Below, one piece after another: positions 40,401 through 49,378 of a stretch of DNA of 58,131 nucleotides. Positions within the stretch are counted from its first letter, which is position 1. The number at the start of each line of letters is the position of its first letter. A program made the translations under genes and the position numbers. The stretch covers positions 1-58,131 of IMG/VR virus record IMGVR_UViG_3300044630_002552. One strand, 5' to 3'. This stretch comes from a virus (taxonomy: Duplodnaviria > Caudoviricetes). The notes below the pieces were generated by a model, which was not told the DNA's origin, made no database searches, and was given only the letters and a program-made list of their open reading frames with translations.

Positions 40401-41464
40401 ATGGACAAGCTCTAGCAATTAGCTGGAAAAATGGTAGATTAATTGCAGCAAGAAACAAAGGACATTTGGCAAACGGAGGAGCAAATGCATTAGATGCTTC
40501 TGGTATGGCTTCAAAGTTTGCTGGTAGGGGAGCATTAAGTGATGCTTACAACTTTGCTATGAAGGATTTGGAAAGTGCTATTAGAGGATTATCCCAAGCA
40601 CAAAAAGATAAGATATTTATGAATGGTAAAGCATTTATGAATTTAGAGGTTATTTATCCAACATCTGTAAATGTTATTCCATACGGACAAGCTTTATTAG
40701 TATTCCACAACGCGGTAGAATATAATGAAGCTGGAAACGCAGTAGGACAAATCAAAGGAGCAGAAAGTGTATTGGCTGGTATGATTAAGCAAGTAAATGC
40801 ACATATACAATCTAAATATGTAATACAAGGACCTCCAATTGTAAAATTACCAAAAAGTGAAAATTTAAGTTCACAAAAAGGTAAATTCCTTACAAAGATT
40901 TCTAAACTACAAAGTGAGTTTAGTTTACCGGATAATGCTGGTGTAGCTGATTACCATCAAGCTTGGTGGAAAGCTTATATACAAAAAGGTTCTAAAGGTT
41001 TAACATCATTGGAAATTGAAGGTTTAACAAAAAGATGGGCCTTTGGTGATAAATCATTCCGTATAAATTTGATTGGTGATGAGAAAGCAAGAGCATGGGC
41101 CGATGGTATTGAGAAACAAAGTAAAGATAAGATTGCAAAAGAAAACCTAATGAAATTTGAGGAAATCTTTTTAGGTGTAGGAGCAGAAGTTTTACAATTC
41201 ATGCAATCGGTGTTGACAGCATCTCCAAACGAAGCACTACAAACAATCCGTAAAAGATTAGATACAACAATAGATAAAATAAAAGCAGAAGGTACACCTG
41301 CACAAATTGAAAAGATGAAATTGGAATTAGAAAGATTAAATTCAATCGGTGGATTTGATAAGATAGTTCCAAACGAAGGAATTATATTTACATACAAAGG
41401 TAATGTATTTAAGATGACTGGAGCATTTGCATCGTTAAATCAATTGTTAGGAATATTTTACTAA
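37463..41464 (+). CDS. Large modular protein: N-terminal HxGH nucleotidyltransferase, several small modules, C-terminal ligase-like (EKTDG) domain
   Basis: GGRFQPFHAGH; EMEHT..IAKDHIFEDPKYYDKL; DPATG/NPDTG..IK..AL modules; GGAYGHMNHPFD...EKTDG...EGIIF. Confidence 0.65.
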   Translation: MNELSNYLVETFLLTESVKEKVVIFGGRFQPFHAGHYKTYKHLCSVFGAKNVYIATSNVQDSNKSPLSFNEKRDIAVKVFGVSPSKFIQVKSPYQPVEILRDFNQTTTALIIALGEKDAMRLGGQYFKPYKNDKDMEGYMTKGYVYSKTPSNSFGATDVRNMFRSNLSADEKEKQFQKFFGKYNKDVFQMLNKGLNEEKEFIPGGLSKGMTLAQIADKHKVDLDTIKKEFKKGVNTEMEHTTDIRIASEIAKDHIFEDPKYYDKLMTIEGDIDYEPDSVDWDNIMNMEIADPATGKKYRIKDALKLDRVEFARQEAMRVLRVHALMDKRQVPGNIEKGQKSPKSDKVNQVNLALYNSYGEGIVKEASVKGSGYSPQILNQLVKNPDTGEDIKVSSALNYDRDHPAYKAAMMLVAKMGGSDRQKLQKVKQKAQSPSVAKSGETDNKASVGKVAKTAVSNPKAVVRAIGQKIKKWSEKEKEFFKGAHAPQSKERRSVGQWIGDKANGIVKGVVREAKHLGHEIKEAGEGFKAVFSGKKPDEKQKKAMIGVAKTVGLTVGSMLLTGGISALAVGPTKLMAGVGLHLAEHMMGEVLAGGVIKAALNAGVETITDETYIEYFTLQLADNIMNGAIPATVWAKVVDGYNKDKESGKVSEKDWEGPNELKEMAKVDMDKVEKYADSQLSPEDVVLGKETDHFFQRLNDPRNGKEISPAELTGFFKRLAKNKKKFLEFVKQYNEFVVKDKRTGINIPFMVQANKLIAKTIMRKDDFKSSTPVYTTETKLNEISKGIFGGTIKIGGQPVKIEVELIGADNKTREFVTKVVHIDSKYFSKLPIGSTFRIPARLFTTPGGGWYKVKHSAFEAINTKNHEPHGTADNNFNHHHKTSTYAPDYGYEPELDTIDFDDDNRKKEPGHQTDTKDTQNRGYEPIKKSVKESLIMEGGAYGHMNHPFDTDINLTFKDLKTIVSKALDGSLGVVREKTDGQALAISWKNGRLIAARNKGHLANGGANALDASGMASKFAGRGALSDAYNFAMKDLESAIRGLSQAQKDKIFMNGKAFMNLEVIYPTSVNVIPYGQALLVFHNAVEYNEAGNAVGQIKGAESVLAGMIKQVNAHIQSKYVIQGPPIVKLPKSENLSSQKGKFLTKISKLQSEFSLPDNAGVADYHQAWWKAYIQKGSKGLTSLEIEGLTKRWAFGDKSFRINLIGDEKARAWADGIEKQSKDKIAKENLMKFEEIFLGVGAEVLQFMQSVLTASPNEALQTIRKRLDTTIDKIKAEGTPAQIEKMKLELERLNSIGGFDKIVPNEGIIFTYKGNVFKMTGAFASLNQLLGIFY

Positions 41465-41478
41465 AATATAAAAACTAT

Positions 41479-41487
41479 ATATTTATA
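41479..41487 (+). promoter_or_regulatory. Putative late promoter motif ATATTTATA
   Basis: Recurrent intergenic motif. Confidence 0.6.
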
Positions 41488-41512
41488 TATATAAAACAAA
41501 ATAATAAGTTAT

Positions 41513-42151
41513 ATGAGTAAGAAATACATGCACCCATCCAGAAAAAAGATTTTGGATGTAGCTTTTAACAGAGATAATAGTGGAACAAATACACATGGTT
41601 GGTCCGCTACAAAGCAGGATAGAGTACTTGGTGAAGAGTGGACGGATAGTGATGGTGTAACTTGGGTACAAGAGAAGGGGTATAAGATTGTTAAATCAAA
41701 GTTCGATGGAATTAGAGAATACATACAATCATTATCTACTTGTAAAAGTAAAAGTTGTAAAACAGTTAAAAAAACTCAAAAGCATTTACAATTTATTCGT
41801 AAAACTGGTTATTGTATAGATTGTTTGGCTGAAAAAGAACAATTATTTAGAGTAAAAGGTAATTGGAACGAATACGAAAAGTGGAAGATTGCTAGTTTTG
41901 AAATTGAGTTTTTAAAAGATTTAGTTAAAAAGTTCCAAGAGGCATTAGTAGATGCAAGTAAGGAACATATATTCGCCAATTCAGATGGTACTACTGAAAA
42001 GTGGAATTACGATGGTGATTTAGAAGAGTTAAAAGCTAATATCAAAAATGATATAGCTGAAGCAGAAGAAAACATATCCGGTTATCAGCAAATAAAAGAT
42101 GATAGTTGGGAAATAATAAAAGAAGATTATGCTAAAGTTTTTACAGAGTAA
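41513..42151 (+). CDS. Hypothetical protein with Cys cluster (possible Zn finger)
   Basis: GEEWTDSDGVTW, CKSKSC...YCIDC. Confidence 0.6.
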   Translation: MSKKYMHPSRKKILDVAFNRDNSGTNTHGWSATKQDRVLGEEWTDSDGVTWVQEKGYKIVKSKFDGIREYIQSLSTCKSKSCKTVKKTQKHLQFIRKTGYCIDCLAEKEQLFRVKGNWNEYEKWKIASFEIEFLKDLVKKFQEALVDASKEHIFANSDGTTEKWNYDGDLEELKANIKNDIAEAEENISGYQQIKDDSWEIIKEDYAKVFTE

Positions 42152-42791
42152 TATCAAATGGATTGTGATTTTTGCAACTGCCGGAATTGTATGGTACAAA
42201 TGTACCAAAGATGATGGTAAAGTAGGTGAAACTATAAATGTAGATGGAAAAAACTACGAGTTGTTAAAACACAAGATTGATACTGTAATAATAGACCACA
42301 CCAAAATAAAATATGTTAGAGGTAAAGATATTTACCACGAAACAATTGTTGAAAAAGAAAAAAGAATAGAAGTTCCTGTATATACAAAAGGAGATACGGT
42401 TAGAATAGTTCAATCGTATAACCAAAAGGTGTTATATAAAGATAAATTAGTTTTAGATAATAATTTGGGAACAATAGAACTTACAGATACTTTATACCAA
42501 AATAAAATATTAGGTAGAAAGTGGAATGCTACGATTAAAGAACGAACTATTACTGATACAAAGATAGTAAAAGAACTACCTAAAAATCAAGTATATGTTG
42601 GTATAAACGGAGCATTGGATAAAGTAAATTTCGGCAATTCAATTGGTGCAGGTGTAATCCTAAAAACAAAAACAGATAAATTATACCAATTAAATCTTGG
42701 TATATCCAATCAACAATCACCTACTGGTGGAAATCAAGTAATTCCATATGTAGGTGGTGGTGTATATTGGAAAATCCGTATTAAAAAATAG
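42129..42791 (+). CDS. Hypothetical membrane-anchored protein (possible lysis accessory)
   Basis: N-terminal hydrophobic segment and beta-rich C-terminus ending YVGGGVYWKI. Confidence 0.45.
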   Translation: MLKFLQSNIKWIVIFATAGIVWYKCTKDDGKVGETINVDGKNYELLKHKIDTVIIDHTKIKYVRGKDIYHETIVEKEKRIEVPVYTKGDTVRIVQSYNQKVLYKDKLVLDNNLGTIELTDTLYQNKILGRKWNATIKERTITDTKIVKELPKNQVYVGINGALDKVNFGNSIGAGVILKTKTDKLYQLNLGISNQQSPTGGNQVIPYVGGGVYWKIRIKK

Positions 42792-42801
42792 GTAAGGCAT
42801 T

Positions 42802-44397
42802 ATGGCCGCAAATCAAACAAAATCACTGCAAGATGCAGTAAAAGAGCAATACAGAAAATGTGCACAAGACCCTGTCTATTTTATGCGCAAGTATTGCAAA
42901 ATTCAACACCCAACTCGTGGGAAAATTCCATTTGATTTATACGATTTTCAAGAAGGAGTTTTAAATGATTTTAAAGATAATCGCTTTAATGTTGTTTTAA
43001 AATCACGTCAATTAGGTATATCTACATTAGTAGCTGGATATTCTTTGTGGAAAATGATATTCAACGATGACTTTAACGTGTTGGTTATTGCAACAAAACA
43101 AGAAGTTGCAAAGAACTTGGTATTAAAGGTTAGAGTAATGAACCAATTCTTACCAGTATGGTTAAGAGTACAAGAATCGGAAGATAATAAACTATCTCTA
43201 CGATTAAAGAATGGTTCTCAAATCAAAGCAATTTCATCTAAACCAGATGCAGGACGTTCGGAAGCACTATCCCTATTGGTGTTTGATGAAGCAGCTTTTA
43301 TTGATTATATTGAAGATATTTGGACATCGGCACAATCTACTTTATCAACGGGTGGTAGTTGTATAGCATTATCTACACCAAATGGTATTGGTAACTGGTT
43401 TCATCAAATATGGGTAGGTGCAGAAAATGGTGAAAACTTATTTCACCCAATTAAACTCCATTGGACAGTTCACCCTGAAAGAGATATAAGTTGGAGAGAG
43501 GAACAAGAAAAACAATTAGGACAAAAAGGAGCAGCACAAGAATGTGATTGTGACTTTATCAGTTCTGGAGCAACGGTAATCGCACCGGAGTTATTAGTTA
43601 AATATACCGAAGCATATGTAAAAGACCCAATGTATAAGCGTGGGTTTGATAATAACTTATGGGTTTGGGAAGACCCTAATTATTCAAAAAGTTATATAGT
43701 AACTGCTGACGTTGCTCGTGGTGATGGAGAAGATTATTCTACCTGCCACGTAATAGATGCTGAAAGCTGTGAACAAGTTGCAGAATATAAAGGAAAGATT
43801 GAACCAAAAGATTTTGGTAATTTTCTAATTAATTTGGCAACCGAATATAACGATGCTTTACTAATCATTGATAATGCATCAATTGGTTGGACAACAATTC
43901 AACAATGTTTAGATAGAAACTACAAAAATCTATTCTGGTCTAACAGAGATGTTAAGTATGTAGATATTGATACTCAATTTACTAATAAGTTTTACAGAGA
44001 TGAAAAGCAAATGGTACCAGGATTTAGTATATCATCTAAAACTCGTCCGTTAGTAATATCAAAGATAGACACTTATATGCGAGATATGAGTGTTATTATC
44101 CATAGTAAAAGAACGATAGATGAGTTCTTTACCTTTATTTGGCACAATGGTAGAGCCGAAGCAGCAAGAGGATACAATGATGACTTGGTAATGGCATTAG
44201 GAATGGGATTGTGGATTAGAGATACTGCACTCCGTTTAAGACAAGAAGGTATTGATTTGACAAGACGTTCTATTGATGGTTTCGTACAAACATCTTATGA
44301 TACTTTATACACACCCGGCCAATTTGGTGATGACCCATACAAAATGCAAACGGGTAAAAATGATGAGTTTGAAGACTTGCGTTGGTTACTACGATAG
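42802..44397 (+). CDS. Terminase large subunit (T4 gp17-like)
   Basis: LYDFQ, KSRQLGIST, VFDEAAF, STPNG, ADVARGDGEDYS, GYNDDLVMA. Confidence 0.95.
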   Translation: MAANQTKSLQDAVKEQYRKCAQDPVYFMRKYCKIQHPTRGKIPFDLYDFQEGVLNDFKDNRFNVVLKSRQLGISTLVAGYSLWKMIFNDDFNVLVIATKQEVAKNLVLKVRVMNQFLPVWLRVQESEDNKLSLRLKNGSQIKAISSKPDAGRSEALSLLVFDEAAFIDYIEDIWTSAQSTLSTGGSCIALSTPNGIGNWFHQIWVGAENGENLFHPIKLHWTVHPERDISWREEQEKQLGQKGAAQECDCDFISSGATVIAPELLVKYTEAYVKDPMYKRGFDNNLWVWEDPNYSKSYIVTADVARGDGEDYSTCHVIDAESCEQVAEYKGKIEPKDFGNFLINLATEYNDALLIIDNASIGWTTIQQCLDRNYKNLFWSNRDVKYVDIDTQFTNKFYRDEKQMVPGFSISSKTRPLVISKIDTYMRDMSVIIHSKRTIDEFFTFIWHNGRAEAARGYNDDLVMALGMGLWIRDTALRLRQEGIDLTRRSIDGFVQTSYDTLYTPGQFGDDPYKMQTGKNDEFEDLRWLLR

Positions 44398-44415
44398 GTT
44401 AAACTGAATTTCTTT

Positions 44416-44424
44416 ATATTTATA
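44416..44424 (+). promoter_or_regulatory. Putative late promoter motif ATATTTATA
   Basis: Recurrent intergenic motif. Confidence 0.6.
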
Positions 44425-44432
44425 TATTGTAT

Positions 44433-45509
44433 ATGAATGGTAATATAAAATTGCGTAATATAGTAAAAGAAGACCTACGCAAGTGGTTTAAGGAAAAGTG
44501 GGTAAACATCGGCAAGAAAGTTGATGGGAAACATCCTCCATGCGGCACTTCGGGTGAGAAGAAAGGATATGCAAAATGTGTTCCAGCATCAAAAGCTGCC
44601 GGAATGAGTAAAAAAGAAAAAGAAAGTGCAACTAGAAGAAAAAGAGCAGCACAAAATGATGCAGATAGAGGTGGTAAGAGTAGTAGTGGACAGGGTAAAA
44701 CACCAATATATGTTTCTACAAAACCAAAAAAGGAAAGTATGAATATCTACGAAAAATTAAATCTTTTTTTAGAAAAAAATTGTCCAACTGACCCGGCAAA
44801 ATGGTCCGCATCTAAATCGGCAGCTAAATCAAAGTTTGATGTTTATCCATCTGCGTATGCGAATGGCTGGGCTGCAAAGAACTATAAATCAAAAGGTGGT
44901 GGTTGGAAGACTTGTAACGAAGGAGAAGCTAATGCATTATGTGAAGATTGTTGGGATGGATATAAGCAAGTGGGAATGAAGGATAAAGGTGGAAATCAAG
45001 TTCCAAATTGTGTTCCCGTTAATGAAAATGAAACTCAATCAGTAGAATGTGAAAAATGTGGATGGGAATGGGATTTAGAAGATGGTGGAAAAACTCCATA
45101 TGTTTGTCATAAATGTGGACACGATAACACAGATGATTATGATGAGTTAGATGTTGAAGATGATGACATGGAAGATTTCATCAAATATCTAAAAGGATAT
45201 ACAAACGAATTAAAAGAAGATAATTGTAATTGTGTATTTGAAGCAGAATATCAGGGTAGAGAAGTGAAATTGGGTAAACCAACGCGTGGGGATGTTAAAA
45301 AGTTCAAAGTATATGTTAAAAATCCAGCAGGTAATATTGTTAAAGTAAACTTTGGACATGGTGGTACATCTGCAGCATCCAAAGGTGAAAAAACAATGCG
45401 AATAAGAAAATCTAATCCTAACGCAAGAAAATCGTTTAGAGCTAGACATAATTGTGACCAACCTGGTCCAAGACACAAAGCAAGATATTGGTCTTGTAGA
45501 AAGTGGTAA
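44433..45509 (+). CDS. Modular basic/Cys-rich head-associated protein
   Basis: Modules LRKWFKEKW..KCVP; FDVYPSAYANGW; CWDGY..VPNCVP; CEKC..CHKC; AEYQGR..RKSFRARHNC..ARYWSC. Confidence 0.6.
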   Translation: MNGNIKLRNIVKEDLRKWFKEKWVNIGKKVDGKHPPCGTSGEKKGYAKCVPASKAAGMSKKEKESATRRKRAAQNDADRGGKSSSGQGKTPIYVSTKPKKESMNIYEKLNLFLEKNCPTDPAKWSASKSAAKSKFDVYPSAYANGWAAKNYKSKGGGWKTCNEGEANALCEDCWDGYKQVGMKDKGGNQVPNCVPVNENETQSVECEKCGWEWDLEDGGKTPYVCHKCGHDNTDDYDELDVEDDDMEDFIKYLKGYTNELKEDNCNCVFEAEYQGREVKLGKPTRGDVKKFKVYVKNPAGNIVKVNFGHGGTSAASKGEKTMRIRKSNPNARKSFRARHNCDQPGPRHKARYWSCRKW

Positions 45510-45567
45510 AATTGAGTAAAACTATAAATTACCACTAAACACCTAAAAGTGGTAAAAATGAGTAAAA
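45500..45567. repeat. 22-nt direct repeat flanking an inverted core copy, upstream of portal
   Basis: AAAGTGGTAAAA(T/A)TGAGTAAAA at 45500 and 45546; TTACCACT at 45529-45536. Confidence 0.7.
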
Positions 45568-45602
45568 AAATAAAGGTTATATAATTAAACAAACAGAAGT
45601 AA

Positions 45603-47441
45603 ATGGCAACAGATAAATCATTTTTTGGTAGGTTAAACAAACTATTCTCCACATCGGTAATCGTAAGAAAGCAAGGGAATAAGTTAAAGGTAATTGATTA
45701 CGATGAAACGCAAGCAATTGCTACCAATCTACGTGATAGATATATGAGATTACACTCATCGGCTATGAATAATACCTATGAGAACTATCTTGCTTACCAA
45801 CAAATACGACAAGAACTTTTTAGAGATTATGATGCTATGGATGCTGACCCAATCATTGGTGCTGCATTGGATATTTACGCAGAAGAGTCTACATCTAAAA
45901 ACGAATACGGAAAGGTATTAGAAGTTAGAACAAATAACGAACAAATAAAATCCATATTAGAAAACTTATTCTACGATATTATAAATGTTGAATTTAATTT
46001 ATTCCCTTGGGTAAGAAGTTTGGTTAAATATGGTGACCACTTTTTACATATTGAGATTGCAGAAGAGTTAGGTGTAGTTGGTATCCAACCACTTTCAGTT
46101 TATGAGATTACTCGTGTTGAAGGATTTGACCCAAACAATTGGCAAGCAGTTAAATTCGTTCATACTCCATTAGCAACTAAATCACTTTATGTAGCTGGAC
46201 AAAAAACAGAATACGAAAACTATGAGATTGCTCACTTTCGTATGTTGACTGATACTAACTTTTTACCTTATGGTAAATCTATGTTAGAAAGTGCAAGAAG
46301 ATTGTGGAAACAAATTACATTGATGGAAGATGCAATGATTATACATCGTATATCAAGAGCACCACAAAAGCGTATCTACAAAATTGATGTGGGTAACATT
46401 CCTACAAATGAGATTGATAATTACATTCAACGTATTATCAACAAATCAAAGAAAGCACCAATTATTAATGCAGATACTGGTGAGTACAACTTAAAGTATA
46501 ACATTCAAAACTTGATGGAAGATTTCTATCTGCCAGTTCGTGGTAATGATAGTGGAACATCTATTGAAAATTTGGATGGTTTAGAGTATGCTCCTATTGA
46601 TGATATAAACTACTTAAAAGATAAAATGTTTGCGGCATTAAAAATACCAAAACAACATTTAGGATTTTTAGAAGATGGTAATTCAAAAGCTACATTAGCA
46701 GCTATGGATATGAGATTTGCTAAAACAATTGAAAGAGTTCAAAGAATAGTAACATCTGAATTAGAAAAGATTGCAATCATTCACTTATACTCACAAGGTA
46801 TTGAGGATGAAACATTAGCTGATTTTGAATTATCATTAACTATCCCATATACAATCTACGAACAATCTAAAATTGAATTATGGGCATCTAAAGTAGATTT
46901 AGCTAGAACAATGGGTGATTTAAAACTTATCTCAAAAGATTGGATGTATAAGAATGTATTCAATTTCAGCGATGATGATGTTGAAGATATGAAAAAAGGT
47001 TTAGTTAAAGATGCTAAAAATACATTTGTATTAACTAATTTAGAAACAACCGGTAAACCAGAAGGACAGCAAGAGCAAGGTGGTATGATGGCTGGACAAC
47101 CACAACAAGGTGGTGAAGAACAACCTGAAGAAGAACAACCAGAAGAAGAGTTCCCAACAGGAGAGCCATTGGATGTTGAAAAAACTATACAAGATTTAAA
47201 ATCAAAGTTAGGTCAATCACCAAATGAAGCAAAAGCATCGGGTAGACCGCGTGATGTAAATCGTATGGGTAAAGATGACCATATGTATGGTAGAGATGCT
47301 TTTGGCGATAAAGAGTTGAGAAAATTAAGTAGAAGCAATGAAAGTTTCATCAAATCAATCAAAAAATCTCTAAAATCCGGTGGAGCAAAAGTGATAATGG
47401 AAGGTAAGAGTATGATGGATGAGCAAAATATAATCGAATAA
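45603..47441 (+). CDS. Portal protein (T4 gp20-like)
   Basis: YDAMDADP, PYGKSMLE, LMEDAMIIHRISRAPQKRIYKIDVGN, EDFYLPVRG, ALKIP. Confidence 0.95.
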   Translation: MATDKSFFGRLNKLFSTSVIVRKQGNKLKVIDYDETQAIATNLRDRYMRLHSSAMNNTYENYLAYQQIRQELFRDYDAMDADPIIGAALDIYAEESTSKNEYGKVLEVRTNNEQIKSILENLFYDIINVEFNLFPWVRSLVKYGDHFLHIEIAEELGVVGIQPLSVYEITRVEGFDPNNWQAVKFVHTPLATKSLYVAGQKTEYENYEIAHFRMLTDTNFLPYGKSMLESARRLWKQITLMEDAMIIHRISRAPQKRIYKIDVGNIPTNEIDNYIQRIINKSKKAPIINADTGEYNLKYNIQNLMEDFYLPVRGNDSGTSIENLDGLEYAPIDDINYLKDKMFAALKIPKQHLGFLEDGNSKATLAAMDMRFAKTIERVQRIVTSELEKIAIIHLYSQGIEDETLADFELSLTIPYTIYEQSKIELWASKVDLARTMGDLKLISKDWMYKNVFNFSDDDVEDMKKGLVKDAKNTFVLTNLETTGKPEGQQEQGGMMAGQPQQGGEEQPEEEQPEEEFPTGEPLDVEKTIQDLKSKLGQSPNEAKASGRPRDVNRMGKDDHMYGRDAFGDKELRKLSRSNESFIKSIKKSLKSGGAKVIMEGKSMMDEQNIIE

Positions 47442-47464
47442 AATTATTATTAAATAGATATTAT

Positions 47465-47473
47465 ATATTTATA
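47465..47473 (+). promoter_or_regulatory. Putative late promoter motif ATATTTATA
   Basis: Recurrent intergenic motif. Confidence 0.6.
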
Positions 47474-47490
47474 TTTGGAATAAAGAATAA

Positions 47491-48366
47491 ATGAAACAGA
47501 TAAAACACTCAAAGTTTAGAAATACGGGTTTTCTTTTCGAACTATTGGTTCGTCAAGTAACCTCTGATATTCTCTCAAATCGTAAAAGTATTGCGGAGGG
47601 ATTGTTAAAGAAGTATTTTAACTCTAAAACAGAACTGGCAAACGAATTAAAATTATATCAATTCATCGTAAATGAAAAATATAATTCAGAAAATCGTGCA
47701 GAAAGATTTATTGATGCAGTAATTGATAATCGTAAAAAATTAGATGAGAAAAAAATACTTAAAGAAAAGTATAATCTTATCAAAGAAATAAAAGAAAATT
47801 ATCAAATAGATGATTTTTTAAAATCACAAGTTCCAAACTATAAAGTTCTTGCTTCGGTATATAAGATATTTGAATTTAATTTGAATACTGAAAATTCTTA
47901 TGACCCAAAAGATTTTGTAAATACTAAATTTGCAATCGTAGAGCATCTTATATCTAAACCATCTACAAACTTAAAGGCAGTAGATAAAATCAACGAAGCT
48001 CTTAAAAAAGAAGATAAAGAAATTCGTTTACTAACATACAAAATGTTGGTGGAGAACTTTAATAAAAAATACAAATCCTTAAATGAGAAACAAAAGGGTA
48101 TTTTAAAAGAATACATCAACTCATTTACTAACTCTGATAATCTTAAAGCATTTATTACAAACGAAGTTGTTCAATTAAACAAAGAACTAACTAAAACTGG
48201 TAAAGAAATCAAAGATAAAGTTACCAAAATAAAGTTAGCTGAAACAATCAATCAGTTGAATAAAATCAAAACTGCATCTAAAATTACAGATACACACATT
48301 ACATCTGTTATTATGGGATATGAGTTGGATAAAGTATTAAAGGGAACTCAAAATGGAATTATCTAG
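47491..48366 (+). CDS. Hypothetical head-region protein
   Basis: 291 aa, helical, KHSKFRNTGFLFELL N-terminus; follows portal. Confidence 0.65.
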   Translation: MKQIKHSKFRNTGFLFELLVRQVTSDILSNRKSIAEGLLKKYFNSKTELANELKLYQFIVNEKYNSENRAERFIDAVIDNRKKLDEKKILKEKYNLIKEIKENYQIDDFLKSQVPNYKVLASVYKIFEFNLNTENSYDPKDFVNTKFAIVEHLISKPSTNLKAVDKINEALKKEDKEIRLLTYKMLVENFNKKYKSLNEKQKGILKEYINSFTNSDNLKAFITNEVVQLNKELTKTGKEIKDKVTKIKLAETINQLNKIKTASKITDTHITSVIMGYELDKVLKGTQNGII

Positions 48367-48784
48367 TAGAGATAGATTAAAAGAAATAGTTCGTAAAAAA
48401 CTTCGTGAAAGGAACACACCAACTAACGAAGAAACTACAACTGCTTCGGTAGACGGGTATCAAACTCCATTTGCGTTTGGTAGAAATACACAGGCTGATA
48501 AAGAGCGTAAAGCTAAATCATCTGGAACTGGATATGAATTAGCTGAAAATCGTTGGTTAGCACTTAAAAGAGATGAAACTCGTTCACCAGAACAAAAAAT
48601 CAATTTAGGTGTTAGGGAAATCAAAAACCAATTAGCAGAGGTAGAAAGATTTTTAGGTTGGTACAACAAACTTAAAATGGAAAACGGAGTAAAGAACGAA
48701 GATTTTTACAAAAGAACAAACACAAGTATCTTTCGTATAAAAGAAAGATTAAATAAAATAGCAAGAACAATTATAGATTTTTAA
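48353..48784 (+). CDS. Hypothetical head-region protein
   Basis: 143 aa; TTASVDGYQTPFAF motif. Confidence 0.6.
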   Translation: MELSSRDRLKEIVRKKLRERNTPTNEETTTASVDGYQTPFAFGRNTQADKERKAKSSGTGYELAENRWLALKRDETRSPEQKINLGVREIKNQLAEVERFLGWYNKLKMENGVKNEDFYKRTNTSIFRIKERLNKIARTIIDF

Positions 48785-48785
48785 T

Positions 48786-49376
48786 ATGAGACATTTACAA
48801 AAATCGGGTATCATTACTCTTAAAGCATTAGGTGGACCAATTGGTTCAAGAACTGCACAAGTTCAAGAAGCATATGAAGTTCATTATTCAGATGGTATAA
48901 GAGCTGCTAAAAAGTTTAGTAATGAAAGACAGGCAATTCAATTTGCTAAAGACCTAATCAAATCTAAAAAAGGATTACAATTTGTAGATGTATTTAATGC
49001 AGGTTCTGGATTTCATTCAACTGCCGATACTGATGCAATTGTAGCGTGGTGGGGTGATGGTTCATATACATCTAATAAATCAAAACACGATTCTAAATTA
49101 GCATCTAAAAAAATTAAAGAAGAAGTAGTAAAAGAAGGTATCGAAAATGTAGCAAACGGATTGCCACAAACTATGGGTAAGCAAAAATCATTAAAGAGAG
49201 AAGCATTAAAATCAATCGTAAGAGAGGTAATGCAAGAGGAAGCAGAATACCAAAAGTTTTTCCAAAAAGTAATGGATAAAGCTGGTAAATCTATTCCATC
49301 TATGAGTGATGATGAAAAGAAAGCATTTTTTAATAAAGTAGATGCAGCTTGGAAAGCAAAACAAGAGAGGGATTAA
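48786..49376 (+). CDS. Hypothetical modular head-region protein
   Basis: 196 aa; IVREVMQE and YQKFF..MSDDEKKAFFNKVDAAW modules. Confidence 0.6.
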   Translation: MRHLQKSGIITLKALGGPIGSRTAQVQEAYEVHYSDGIRAAKKFSNERQAIQFAKDLIKSKKGLQFVDVFNAGSGFHSTADTDAIVAWWGDGSYTSNKSKHDSKLASKKIKEEVVKEGIENVANGLPQTMGKQKSLKREALKSIVREVMQEEAEYQKFFQKVMDKAGKSIPSMSDDEKKAFFNKVDAAWKAKQERD

Positions 49377-49378
49377 TT

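Noticed and set aside
42802-44397. Intein or intron in terminase, portal or primase
   Set aside because: Lengths are ordinary; no Hint or LAGLIDADG motifs or frame breaks were seen
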